Shown here one piece after another: positions 1 through 7,843 of a stretch of 64,000 nucleotides of DNA. How positions within the stretch are numbered: the first letter of the stretch is position 1; the number at the start of each line of letters is the position of its first letter. The stretch comes from Chloroflexota bacterium. Its GTDB lineage: Bacteria > Chloroflexota > Anaerolineae > Anaerolineales > UBA11579. Both the position numbers and the translations under genes were made by a program. The notes below the pieces were generated by a model. That model ran no database searches. It saw only the letters and a program-made list of their open reading frames with translations, and was not told where the DNA came from. Where the stretch lies: assembly GCA_016191875.1 (NCBI GenBank), contig JACPVG010000004.1:1832-65831 (forward strand), given 5' to 3'.

Positions 1-971
1 ACCTCGCCGAGAGCGCCGCCGCGGCGCGCCGCGAGGCCCTGCACGCCTTCGGCGATGACCGCCTCATCCTCGAGAAATACCTCGCCCACAGCCGCCACAT
101 CGAGTTCCAGATTCTCGCCGACCGGCACGGCAACACCCTGCACCTGTTCGAGCGCGAGTGCTCCATCCAGCGCCGCCACCAGAAGGTCATCGAGGAGACC
201 CCCTCACCCCTGCTGGACGATGCCCTGCGCCGGGCGATGGGCGCGGCCGCCGTGGCCGCCGCCCGCGCCGTGGATTACACCAACGCCGGGACGGTCGAGT
301 TCATCGTCGACCCGGATACGCGCGCCTTCTACTTCCTGGAGATGAACACCCGCCTTCAGGTCGAGCATCCCATCACCGAAGCGGTGACCGGCCTGGACCT
401 GGCCCGCTGGCAAATTCGCATCGCCGCCGGGGAGCCGCTGCCGTTCACCCAGGACAACCTGCACCAGCGCGGCCATGCCATCGAATGCCGCCTGTACGCC
501 GAGGACCCCGCCAGCGGTTTCCTGCCCGCCGCCGGCCGCCTGCTGCACTTCCAGCCGCCCTCCGGCCCCGGCGTGCGCGTGGATAGCGGCGTGCAGACCG
601 GCAGCGAGGTCGGCGTGCACTACGACCCGCTGCTCGCCAAACTCATCGTCCACGCCGAAGACCGCCCGGCCGCCCTCCAGCGCATGCAGACCGCCCTGGC
701 CGAGACCATCGCCCTGGGCCTGGCCACCAACCGCGAGTTCCTCCAGGATGTGCTGGCGCACCCGGTCTTCATCGCCGGGCAGGCCGCCACCCGCTTCATC
801 GAAGACCATCTGCCGGACTGGCGGCCGCAAGAGATTCCCGCCGCGGCGCTCATCGCCGCCGCTCTGGCCGAACTGCATGCGTCCGTGGTTTCCGGGCGCC
901 CACCCGCCGATTCCGACCCGCACTCGCCCTGGGCGCGGCCCAGCAGCTTCCGGCTGGGAGGCGGCCGATGA
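1..971 (+). CDS. Biotin carboxylase domain of a biotin-dependent acyl-CoA carboxylase alpha subunit (5' partial, MCCase/ACCase-like)
   Basis: Frame 3 is open from the window edge. Motifs present: LFERECSIQRRHQKVIEE, NAGTVEFIVD, EMNTRLQVEHPITE. ORF track 237..971 is the M-started tail of this frame. Confidence 0.9.
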   Translation, partial: LAESAAAARREALHAFGDDRLILEKYLAHSRHIEFQILADRHGNTLHLFERECSIQRRHQKVIEETPSPLLDDALRRAMGAAAVAAARAVDYTNAGTVEFIVDPDTRAFYFLEMNTRLQVEHPITEAVTGLDLARWQIRIAAGEPLPFTQDNLHQRGHAIECRLYAEDPASGFLPAAGRLLHFQPPSGPGVRVDSGVQTGSEVGVHYDPLLAKLIVHAEDRPAALQRMQTALAETIALGLATNREFLQDVLAHPVFIAGQAATRFIEDHLPDWRPQEIPAAALIAAALAELHASVVSGRPPADSDPHSPWARPSSFRLGGGR

Positions 972-1450
972 AATTCGCCTACCGCGTCGACGGCCGGGAT
1001 CTGACCCTCACGCTGGAGAAGACCCCCTCCGGCTACCGCGCCCGCCTGGGCGATGCCGTCCATGAGGTCGAGTTCATCGGCGTCGAGGGCGACCAGATTC
1101 ACTTCCGGCTGGACGGCGAAAGCGTACGCGCCCGCGCCGCCGCCGGCCCGGGGGATCGCTGGGTGGCGCTCGGCGGCCGCACCTGGCGCATCGAAAAGGC
1201 TCAGGCCGCCCGCCGCGCCCACGACGCCGGCGCGGGCGGCGGGCAGGTGGCCGCGCCCATGCCCGGCCAGGTGCGCGCCGTGCTGGTGGCCGAGGGCGAC
1301 GAAGTGACCCAGGGCCAGCCCCTGCTGCTGATGGAAGCCATGAAGATGGAAATCCGCATCGCCGCGCCGCGGGCGGGCCGCATCGCCGCCCTGCGCGCCG
1401 CCGAAGGCGCGACGGTGAATAAGGATGATATTCTTGTGGAGATAACGTGA
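968..1450 (+). CDS. Biotinyl carrier (BCCP-like) domain protein, the C-terminal part of the carboxylase alpha subunit encoded as a separate ORF
   Basis: EAMKMEI biotinylation motif near the C-terminus. ATGA start/stop overlap with the upstream ORF. Confidence 0.85.
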   Translation: MKFAYRVDGRDLTLTLEKTPSGYRARLGDAVHEVEFIGVEGDQIHFRLDGESVRARAAAGPGDRWVALGGRTWRIEKAQAARRAHDAGAGGGQVAAPMPGQVRAVLVAEGDEVTQGQPLLLMEAMKMEIRIAAPRAGRIAALRAAEGATVNKDDILVEIT

Positions 1451-1460
1451 ACCGAGAGCC

Positions 1461-1564
1461 GAAATTCGTTATTCGATATTCGAGATGGGGGTGTGGCTCC
1501 TGATGACGGCGCACGGATACTGTGTCCGGAAAACGGTTCACGAATAACTATTCACGATTCACGG
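1461..1564. repeat. Opposed arms of phased 7-nt words (GWWATTC x3 / inverted GTGAATM x3-4) around a ~52-nt spacer
   Basis: 1461-1484 reads GAAATTC GTTATTC GATATTC GAG. The reverse complement of 1537-1564 reads CC GTGAATC GTGAATA GTTATTC GTGAA. Confidence 0.6.
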
Positions 1565-1571
1565 AGTCCCC

Positions 1572-2024
1572 ATGCCCGGCAAAACCTACGATGACCTGCA
1601 CGTCGGAATGAAGATAGCCCACAGCCGAGCGCGCACCGTCACTGAAACGGACAACGTGCTCTTCAACGCCCTGACGATGAACGACCAGCCGCTGCACATC
1701 GACGAGCATTTCGCCGCCCAGACCGAGTTCGGCCGCCGCATTGTCAACGGCATCTTCACGCTCGGACTGGTGGTCGGCATCAGCGTCCCGGACCTCACCG
1801 CCGGCACCATCGTCGCCAACCTGGGCTACGAGAACGTGCGCCACCCCGCGCCGGTCTTCCACGGCGACACCATCTCGGTCGAGACCGAAGTGCTGGAGAT
1901 GCGTGAGAGCCAGTCCAAACCCGACCGCGGCGTCGTGCGCCTGAAACACACCGGCCGTAACCAGGATGGCGTGGTGGTCGTTGAAGTGGAAAGAAGTGTG
2001 TTGTTTCTTAAGAAGTCGACTTAA
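1572..2024 (+). CDS. MaoC-like (R)-specific enoyl-CoA hydratase/dehydratase
   Basis: 150 aa hot-dog fold signature (NALTMNDQPLHIDEHFA, GRRIVNGIF). GGAG RBS upstream. Confidence 0.8.
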   Translation: MPGKTYDDLHVGMKIAHSRARTVTETDNVLFNALTMNDQPLHIDEHFAAQTEFGRRIVNGIFTLGLVVGISVPDLTAGTIVANLGYENVRHPAPVFHGDTISVETEVLEMRESQSKPDRGVVRLKHTGRNQDGVVVVEVERSVLFLKKST

Positions 2025-2027
2025 TAG

Positions 2028-2478
2028 TGTCATTCCGAGCGAAGCGAGGAATCTGGCGATAGGCAGGCACTTTCGCGCACTTCCCTCGCCGGACCCATCA
2101 ACCCTATGAGCAAGCGCAGTTATTTCGTCTACATCATGGCAAGCGCTTCCGGCACGCTTTACACCGGCGTGACCAACAATATCCATCGCCGGGTGCTTGA
2201 ACACCGTGCCGGGAAGAACAACGGTTTTACCAGCCGTTACAACATCACCAAACTCTGGTATCTTGAAGAAACGGACGACATTAGCGCTGCGCTTGAACGC
2301 GAGAAACAGATAAAGGGCTGGCGTAGAAGCAAGAAGATTGAATTGATTCGATCGCTGAACCCCACTCTCAAAGATATGAGCAAAGAGTGGCTTCAAGAAT
2401 AGGATGGTGTTCCGGCGCGGCAGTGATGTGCAGTCAGTCAACTCTTTCGCGAGATTCCTCGCTGCGCTCGGAATGACA
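2028..2478. mobile_element. Compact GIY-YIG cassette bounded by ~34-nt inverted hairpin repeats
   Basis: Left end 2028-2059 is TGTCATTCCGAGCGAAGCGAGGAATCTGGCGA. Right end 2445-2478 is TTTCGCGAGATTCCTCGCTGCGCTCGGAATGACA, its near-perfect reverse complement. The element begins 3 nt after the MaoC stop and ends just before the RBS of the next gene. Confidence 0.55.
2106..2402 (+). CDS. GIY-YIG nuclease family protein (small UPF0213/COG2827-like type)
   Basis: YFVYIMASASGTLYTGVTNNIHRRVLEH followed by REKQIKGWRRSKK, the classic GIY..YxG..R..E layout. 98 aa. Confidence 0.85.
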   Translation: MSKRSYFVYIMASASGTLYTGVTNNIHRRVLEHRAGKNNGFTSRYNITKLWYLEETDDISAALEREKQIKGWRRSKKIELIRSLNPTLKDMSKEWLQE

Positions 2479-2489
2479 TGGAGACTAAG

Positions 2490-3353
2490 ATGACCCACCG
2501 CCCCCGCCGCGCCCTGCTCTACATGCCCGCCACCGACTGGCGCAAAATCGAAAAAGCCGCCACCGAACTGGTGGTCGACAGCGTATGCATCGACCTGGAA
2601 GACGGCGTGGCGCTCAACCGCAAGGAAGAAGCCCGCGTCGCCGTCGTCAAGGCGCTGGGCTCACTGGACTTCGGCCCACGCGAACGCCTGGTGCGCATCA
2701 ACCCGGTCGGTTCCGGCCTGGAAGCCGACGACCTCAAGACCGTCGTCCCCGCCCGGCCGGACGGCATCGTCGTCCCCAAAGTGAACGACGCCGATGAAAT
2801 CCGCTGGGTGAGCAAAACCGTGCGCCGCCTGCAAAACGAACATGGCCTGCCGTCCATCGGCCTCATCGCCATCGTCGAGAGCGCCCGCGGCATCGTCAAC
2901 CTGCGCGAGATCGCCGCGGCGGATGCCCGGCTGGAAGCGCTCATCTTCGGCGCCGAAGATTTCGCCAGCGACATCGGCGCAGTGCGCACGGAAGCCGCCA
3001 TGGAGGTGTTCTACGCCCGCAGCGCGGTCGCCGCGCACGCCGCTGCCTTCGACTTACAGGCCATCGATCTGGTGCGCACCGACTACAAGGACATGGACGC
3101 GCTGGCGCGCGAAGCCCGCCAGGGGCTGGAGATGGGCTTTAGCGGCAAGCAGGTCATCCACCCCGCCCAGGTGCCGGTGGTGCAGGTGGCCTTCACCCCC
3201 ACCGCCGAAGAAGTGGCCTGGGCGCGTAAAGTGGTGGAGGCGCACGCCGAGCACCAGAAGAAGGGCGCCGGCGCGTTCGCCATTGACGGCAGGATGATCG
3301 ATATGCCGGTCGTCAAAGCCGCCGAGCGCGTGCTGGCGCGGGCGAGGCGGTAG
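2490..3353 (+). CDS. HpcH/HpaI aldolase / citrate-lyase beta (CitE)-like acyl-CoA lyase
   Basis: CitE-like sequence (RALLYMPA, IDLEDGVA, FGAEDFASD, GKQVIHPAQV). ATG at 2490 has GGAG 6 nt upstream. The track start at 2478 lies inside the repeat. Confidence 0.8.
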   Translation: MTHRPRRALLYMPATDWRKIEKAATELVVDSVCIDLEDGVALNRKEEARVAVVKALGSLDFGPRERLVRINPVGSGLEADDLKTVVPARPDGIVVPKVNDADEIRWVSKTVRRLQNEHGLPSIGLIAIVESARGIVNLREIAAADARLEALIFGAEDFASDIGAVRTEAAMEVFYARSAVAAHAAAFDLQAIDLVRTDYKDMDALAREARQGLEMGFSGKQVIHPAQVPVVQVAFTPTAEEVAWARKVVEAHAEHQKKGAGAFAIDGRMIDMPVVKAAERVLARARR

Positions 3354-3444
3354 AATCAGCATTAACCACAGAGACGCGGAGGAAACCTTGAACCTCTTTC
3401 TTTGCGTTCTTGGCGTGAGCCGCCTTTGATTTTTCCGCGCCCCA

Positions 3445-4389
3445 GTGACCCACCTATCCCCTGACCCCCTCGGCCCCACTCAGCCCTCTCAGCGGCCCGC
3501 GCCACCGTCAACCCCGCCCGCGCCTGACCCGCTTTCCACCTTCCAGCCCATCCCCGTCGACCGGCGCGGCCGCGGCCGCCAGCGGATGCGCGCCCAGCGC
3601 GGCGGCTGTTTGCTGGCCGGGCTGCTCGTGCTGGCGGCCTACTTCTTCGCCCCCGGCCGCGCCGTCATCCTGGTCCTCGGCATCGACCGCGCCCCGGAGG
3701 GCACCGCCGCCGGCCGCAGCGATACCAATCTGCTCGTCTCCGTGGAGCCGCTCAGCGGCGACCTGCGCCTGTTCTCCATCCCGCGCGACCTGTGGCTCGT
3801 CATCCCCGGCTACGGCGAACAGCGCATCAACGCCGCCCACTACTTCGGCGAACTCAACGAAGCCGGGAGCGGCCCGCAGGTCGCCATCGCCACCATTGAG
3901 CACAACTTTGGCATCACACCGGACCGCTACGTCCGCATCCAGTTGGAGAACTTCCCGCGCGCCATCGACGCGCTGGGCGGCGTGACCGTGAACCTGCCCT
4001 ACAAGATGGGCGGCCTGCCCAAAGGCCGCCACCACCTGAACGGCGACCAGGCGCTGGCCTTCGCCCGCGACCGCAGCATCGACGATTTCGAGCGTACCCA
4101 GCAGGGGCAGGTGCTGGCCGCCGCCGTGCTGCGCAGCCTGTTCAACCCGCTCAAGTGGATTCGCCTGCCGTTCTTCCTTTTCGCCCTCAATGCTGTGGTG
4201 GACACCGACATCCCGCTCTGGCAGTGGCCGCGGCTCGGCCTGGCCCTGGCGCGCGGCGCGCTCGGCAGCCCCGAGTCCTACGCCGTCAAGCGCACCATGG
4301 TCACCCCCAGCGTCACCAGCGACGGCGCACAGATTCTCCTGCCGCGCTGGGAGCTGATTGCGCCGGTGGTGGCGCAGTTCAGCAGGTAG
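3445..4389 (+). CDS. LytR-CpsA-Psr (LCP) family protein
   Basis: GRSDTNLLVSV, SIPRDLWLVIPG and GDQALAFARDR motifs with an N-terminal TM helix. Start is uncertain (GTG 3445 or ATG 3586). Confidence 0.8.
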   Translation: MTHLSPDPLGPTQPSQRPAPPSTPPAPDPLSTFQPIPVDRRGRGRQRMRAQRGGCLLAGLLVLAAYFFAPGRAVILVLGIDRAPEGTAAGRSDTNLLVSVEPLSGDLRLFSIPRDLWLVIPGYGEQRINAAHYFGELNEAGSGPQVAIATIEHNFGITPDRYVRIQLENFPRAIDALGGVTVNLPYKMGGLPKGRHHLNGDQALAFARDRSIDDFERTQQGQVLAAAVLRSLFNPLKWIRLPFFLFALNAVVDTDIPLWQWPRLGLALARGALGSPESYAVKRTMVTPSVTSDGAQILLPRWELIAPVVAQFSR

Positions 4390-4458
4390 CGGATAGTAGG
4401 CAGCAGAGAGCAGAAAGGCAGCTCTTCAATCGTGGAGTCGAGGCTTCAGCCGAAACCA

Positions 4459-4497
4459 AAGCAAACAGGCCGCCCGGCGTAGGCAGCCTGTTTGCTT
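4459..4497 (-). terminator. Hairpin between convergent genes (12-bp stem AAGCAAACAGGC/GCCTGTTTGCTT)
   Basis: Perfect 12-bp stem. A U-rich run follows on the minus strand (TTTGGTTT). Confidence 0.4.
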
Positions 4498-4514
4498 CAT
4501 CAGCATTGTGCGGT

Positions 4515-5507
4515 TCAGTCTCCGGAAACAGGCGTCGCCGGGGCCGGCTTGCCCTCCAGCAGGCGCTTCAGCCAGCGGCCCACCAGCAGCAGCGGCAGCC
4601 CGAAGATGACGACCACCGGCAGCAGGTACACCGTCGCCCAGATGGCGGCCGTCGCCAGCCCCCGCAGCACCTCCAGCAGTTCACGGAAGGCTTCCTGGGC
4701 CACGCCCTGCGGCGTCCACCCGGCAATGGTCACCACCGGCTGCTCCAGCGTGGCCTTGTCGATCAGGTTCAGGCTGATGGCCGAGAACGAGGCGGCTTCC
4801 TCGTAATACTGGATCTGGCCCTTCAGCACTTCGATCTGCTCGGTCACGGCCACCAGTTGGTGGTAGACCTGGAGCACTTCGTCGGTCTTGTGCGCCTCGG
4901 CCATGATGGCCCGCAACTGGCTGGCGGCGTCTTCCAGGTTGCGCAGGCGGGATTGCAGGTCGGTGTAGGCCTGGGTCACGTCCTGGCCGGAGATGTTCTT
5001 GTGCTGCACCTCCACGGCGCTGCCCTCCACCTGCGAGAGCGCCGCCCCAAATTGCGCCGAGGGCACGCGGATGGTGAGCGTGGCATTCTTCACCAGCTTG
5101 CCGTCGTAGGTCTGCACTTCGTAGAGATTGCTGTTGACCACGAAACCGCCCATGCCTTCCGCCATGCGGATGATGGCATCCAGCGAGGCGATCGGGTCGT
5201 TCACCACCACGGCCATGTCGGCAGTCTTCAGCACTAGGCGCTCGCCCGCCACCGGCACGCTGTTGGCCGCTACCGGCTCGCCCGCGCCGCTGCCTGTGAG
5301 CTGGAGTTCAGCCTCGACCGCCGGCGCGCCCAGCGCGACGATGCCCACGCCCTCCGAGGGCGCGGTCGTATCGGTGGCGCCGGCGAACTCCTCCCGGTAG
5401 TCCGGCTCGGCATAGATGGTCGGTTCTTCCTGTACCGCGGCCGCGCCGCAGGCGCTCAGCAGCAAGGAAGCGGCGATGATGAGAGGCAGGGATTTGGGGG
5501 TTTTCAT
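4515..5507 (-). CDS. DUF4349-like lipoprotein with a C-terminal TM anchor
   Basis: Lipobox LLLSACG, central coiled-coil-like region, C-terminal TM helices. GAGGAG RBS lies 7 nt before the ATG at 5507. Confidence 0.55.
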   Translation of the reverse strand: MKTPKSLPLIIAASLLLSACGAAAVQEEPTIYAEPDYREEFAGATDTTAPSEGVGIVALGAPAVEAELQLTGSGAGEPVAANSVPVAGERLVLKTADMAVVVNDPIASLDAIIRMAEGMGGFVVNSNLYEVQTYDGKLVKNATLTIRVPSAQFGAALSQVEGSAVEVQHKNISGQDVTQAYTDLQSRLRNLEDAASQLRAIMAEAHKTDEVLQVYHQLVAVTEQIEVLKGQIQYYEEAASFSAISLNLIDKATLEQPVVTIAGWTPQGVAQEAFRELLEVLRGLATAAIWATVYLLPVVVIFGLPLLLVGRWLKRLLEGKPAPATPVSGD

Positions 5508-5578
5508 CGTTCTTCTCCTCAAGGTACTGGTTTGAGGAGAAGACGCTGAAGGCCGCCATTTGGTTCCCGCTGAAACGG

Positions 5579-6403
5579 CTAGAGTCCGGACAGCTCCGCA
5601 CTCTCCCGCAGAATGCCTGGGAACAGCCGGGCGGCCAGCCGCCAGTCGCGGCGCGCTTGCCAGCGGTCGTCGTAGCGGATGGCCGCATGGCGCTGGCGGT
5701 CGCCCGCCATCGGGTTGCCCCAGAACACGTGGCTGCCGGTGTTGGCGGGCGAAAGCATCCCCGGGTGAAACTCAAGGCCCAAGAAATCGCAGATTCCCCG
5801 TAGGGCGGCCTCCGGCTCCAGGCACAGGCGGTCGTAACTCACCACATAGTGCGCCAGCCCGCCGCGGGCGCAGAAACGGGCGATGGCCCGGTTTCTTAGA
5901 TGCCACTTCCAGAACAGGTAGGCCGGCTGGCGAGTGGTCAACCGGTGGGCGGCGCGCGCCAGGCGGCCGCGCCCGCGCTCTTTTTCCAGCGCGTCGCGCT
6001 GCGAGACGACGAACGACCGCACGTCCTTGATGACGTGCAACACCCGCACCGAAACCCCCGGCGCGTCCAGCCAGCGTTCCAGCGCGGGCAGGTACTTGGA
6101 CGAATCGACCGGCATCGCCTCCGGCCCGAAGACCGCCGCGAAATGCGCCAGCAGCGGCGCGGCGCGCTGCCCGGCAGGCAGGCCGGGCAGCGCGTCGAAC
6201 GCCCCCGCCCAGAAAGCGCATTCGCTCACCGGCCGGCCGCAGGTGCACGGCATCACCCGTTCCTCGGCGTATTGCTCCGGCGTAAAGGCCAGCACCTTGT
6301 CCAGTTCGCCCAGGCCTGTCAGGCGCGGGTGCGCCCCCAGCAATAGATCAAGCAGAGTGGAGCCGGAATGCGACAGCCCGGCGATGAAGACGATTTCCGT
6401 CAC
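5579..6403 (-). CDS. Sulfotransferase family protein
   Basis: N-terminal PAPS-binding loop IAGLSHSGSTLL. Size and layout are typical of bacterial sulfotransferases. Confidence 0.7.
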   Translation of the reverse strand: MTEIVFIAGLSHSGSTLLDLLLGAHPRLTGLGELDKVLAFTPEQYAEERVMPCTCGRPVSECAFWAGAFDALPGLPAGQRAAPLLAHFAAVFGPEAMPVDSSKYLPALERWLDAPGVSVRVLHVIKDVRSFVVSQRDALEKERGRGRLARAAHRLTTRQPAYLFWKWHLRNRAIARFCARGGLAHYVVSYDRLCLEPEAALRGICDFLGLEFHPGMLSPANTGSHVFWGNPMAGDRQRHAAIRYDDRWQARRDWRLAARLFPGILRESAELSGL

Positions 6404-7731
6404 GCGGCCTGCCCCCGGCCGATGATGCGTTGGGTGAACCCGGCCGCCGTCAATTCAGCGGGCGTAAACAGGCCGCGCCCATCCACAAACACCGGCAGGC
6501 GCAACGCGCCCGCCAGCGCCGCCAGGTCGAGCGTTTTGTACTCGCTGTGCTTCACCAGCAGCACGGCTGCGTCGGCCCCCTCGGCCATTTTCAACGCGTC
6601 GCCCTGGTAGCCCTCCACGAATGGGTCGTGGACGCGCGCCGCCGCCCCGGCGGTCTCCAGTGCGGCCAGGAACGCCGCCGTCGGGCTGTTGCGGGTGTCG
6701 TCCGAATCTTCCAGGTAGGCGTAGCCCAGCGCCAGCACGGTCTTGCCCTTCAGGGCTTCGCCGCGTTCGGCCAGCGCCCCGGCCAGCAGGTCGAGGATGT
6801 GGCGCGGCATGGCGTCGTTCACCCGCCGCGCTGATGGAATCAGGCTCAGGTTCAGGTCCGTGCCACGCGCGCCGTAGGCCAGCAGCCAGGGGTCTTTGGG
6901 GATGCAGTGCCCGCCCACGCCCGCGCCGGGCAGCAGCACATTGCGTCCCGGCGATTTGTTGACCAGTTCGCGCACCTTCCACACGTCGCCGCCGGCCGCC
7001 TCGCACACCAGCGCCAGCTCGTTGGCGAAGGCGATCTGCACATCGCGGTAGGCGTTCTCGGCCGTCTTGACGATCTCGGCCGTGATGCAGTCAGCCGGGT
7101 CCAGGTCGGCCTGAACGATGTGGCGGTACAGGGCGATGAGCGCCGCGCTGGTTTCGGGCGTCATCCCGCCGCACACCCGGCTCAGGCCGCGCAGGTTGGC
7201 GAGCAGCTTGCCGGGCATCACCCGCTCCGGGCAGTTCCCGGCGTGGAAGCCTGCGTTCAGCCGCCGCCGGCTGTGTTCTTCCAGTTGGGGGATGACCACG
7301 TCGCGCATCGTGCCGGGCGCGAGGGTCGATTCGACGATGACCAGCGCGCCTTCCTTCAGCACCGGCCCCAGGCTGGTGAGCGCGCTGTACAGGGCGCGGT
7401 AGCGCGGGATGTTGTGCTCGTCCACCGGCGTCTCGACGTCGATGAGAATCACATCCCGGTCGCGCAGGTCTGCGTAGTCAGTGGCGGCCCGCAGCCGCCC
7501 ACCGCCGATGACCTCTCTCAGCAGCTCAGCCAGACCGGGTTCATTCCCCTCGATGGGCGAAACGCCCCGGTTGATTTTTTCCACCCGCTCGGCGAGGATG
7601 TCCACGCCCAGCACATCGAAGCCCGCCCGGGCGAACTCGCACGCCACCGGCAGGCCCACGTAGCCCAGGCCGATGACGGCCAGCCGGGCGGATTTATCTT
7701 CGATTCGTGTGGTCAGTTCTTGCAATGACAT
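6400..7731 (-). CDS. Nucleotide-sugar 6-dehydrogenase (WecC/WbpA-like UDP-N-acetylhexosamine dehydrogenase)
   Basis: LAVIGLGYVGLP Rossmann motif and the catalytic GGHCIPKDP motif. 4-nt overlap with the downstream sulfotransferase gene. Confidence 0.8.
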   Translation of the reverse strand: MSLQELTTRIEDKSARLAVIGLGYVGLPVACEFARAGFDVLGVDILAERVEKINRGVSPIEGNEPGLAELLREVIGGGRLRAATDYADLRDRDVILIDVETPVDEHNIPRYRALYSALTSLGPVLKEGALVIVESTLAPGTMRDVVIPQLEEHSRRRLNAGFHAGNCPERVMPGKLLANLRGLSRVCGGMTPETSAALIALYRHIVQADLDPADCITAEIVKTAENAYRDVQIAFANELALVCEAAGGDVWKVRELVNKSPGRNVLLPGAGVGGHCIPKDPWLLAYGARGTDLNLSLIPSARRVNDAMPRHILDLLAGALAERGEALKGKTVLALGYAYLEDSDDTRNSPTAAFLAALETAGAAARVHDPFVEGYQGDALKMAEGADAAVLLVKHSEYKTLDLAALAGALRLPVFVDGRGLFTPAELTAAGFTQRIIGRGQAA

Positions 7732-7843
7732 AGGTTCTTTTCCCAATCCAATGAAGCGCCGCAGATTGTTGTGGGGGCGCAAGAGTTGCTGTGCAATTCC
7801 GCTGCGCCCCTGCCGCCTGCCGGGTTGCGAGACGCGCCACGGC

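Noticed and set aside
4402-4413. The AG-rich 12-mer AGCAGAGAGCAG shared with 63414-63425. Both copies lie shortly after TAG stop codons.
   Set aside because: Exact 12-mer matches are expected by chance many times in a window this size. The compositional similarity is noted but not treated as a feature.
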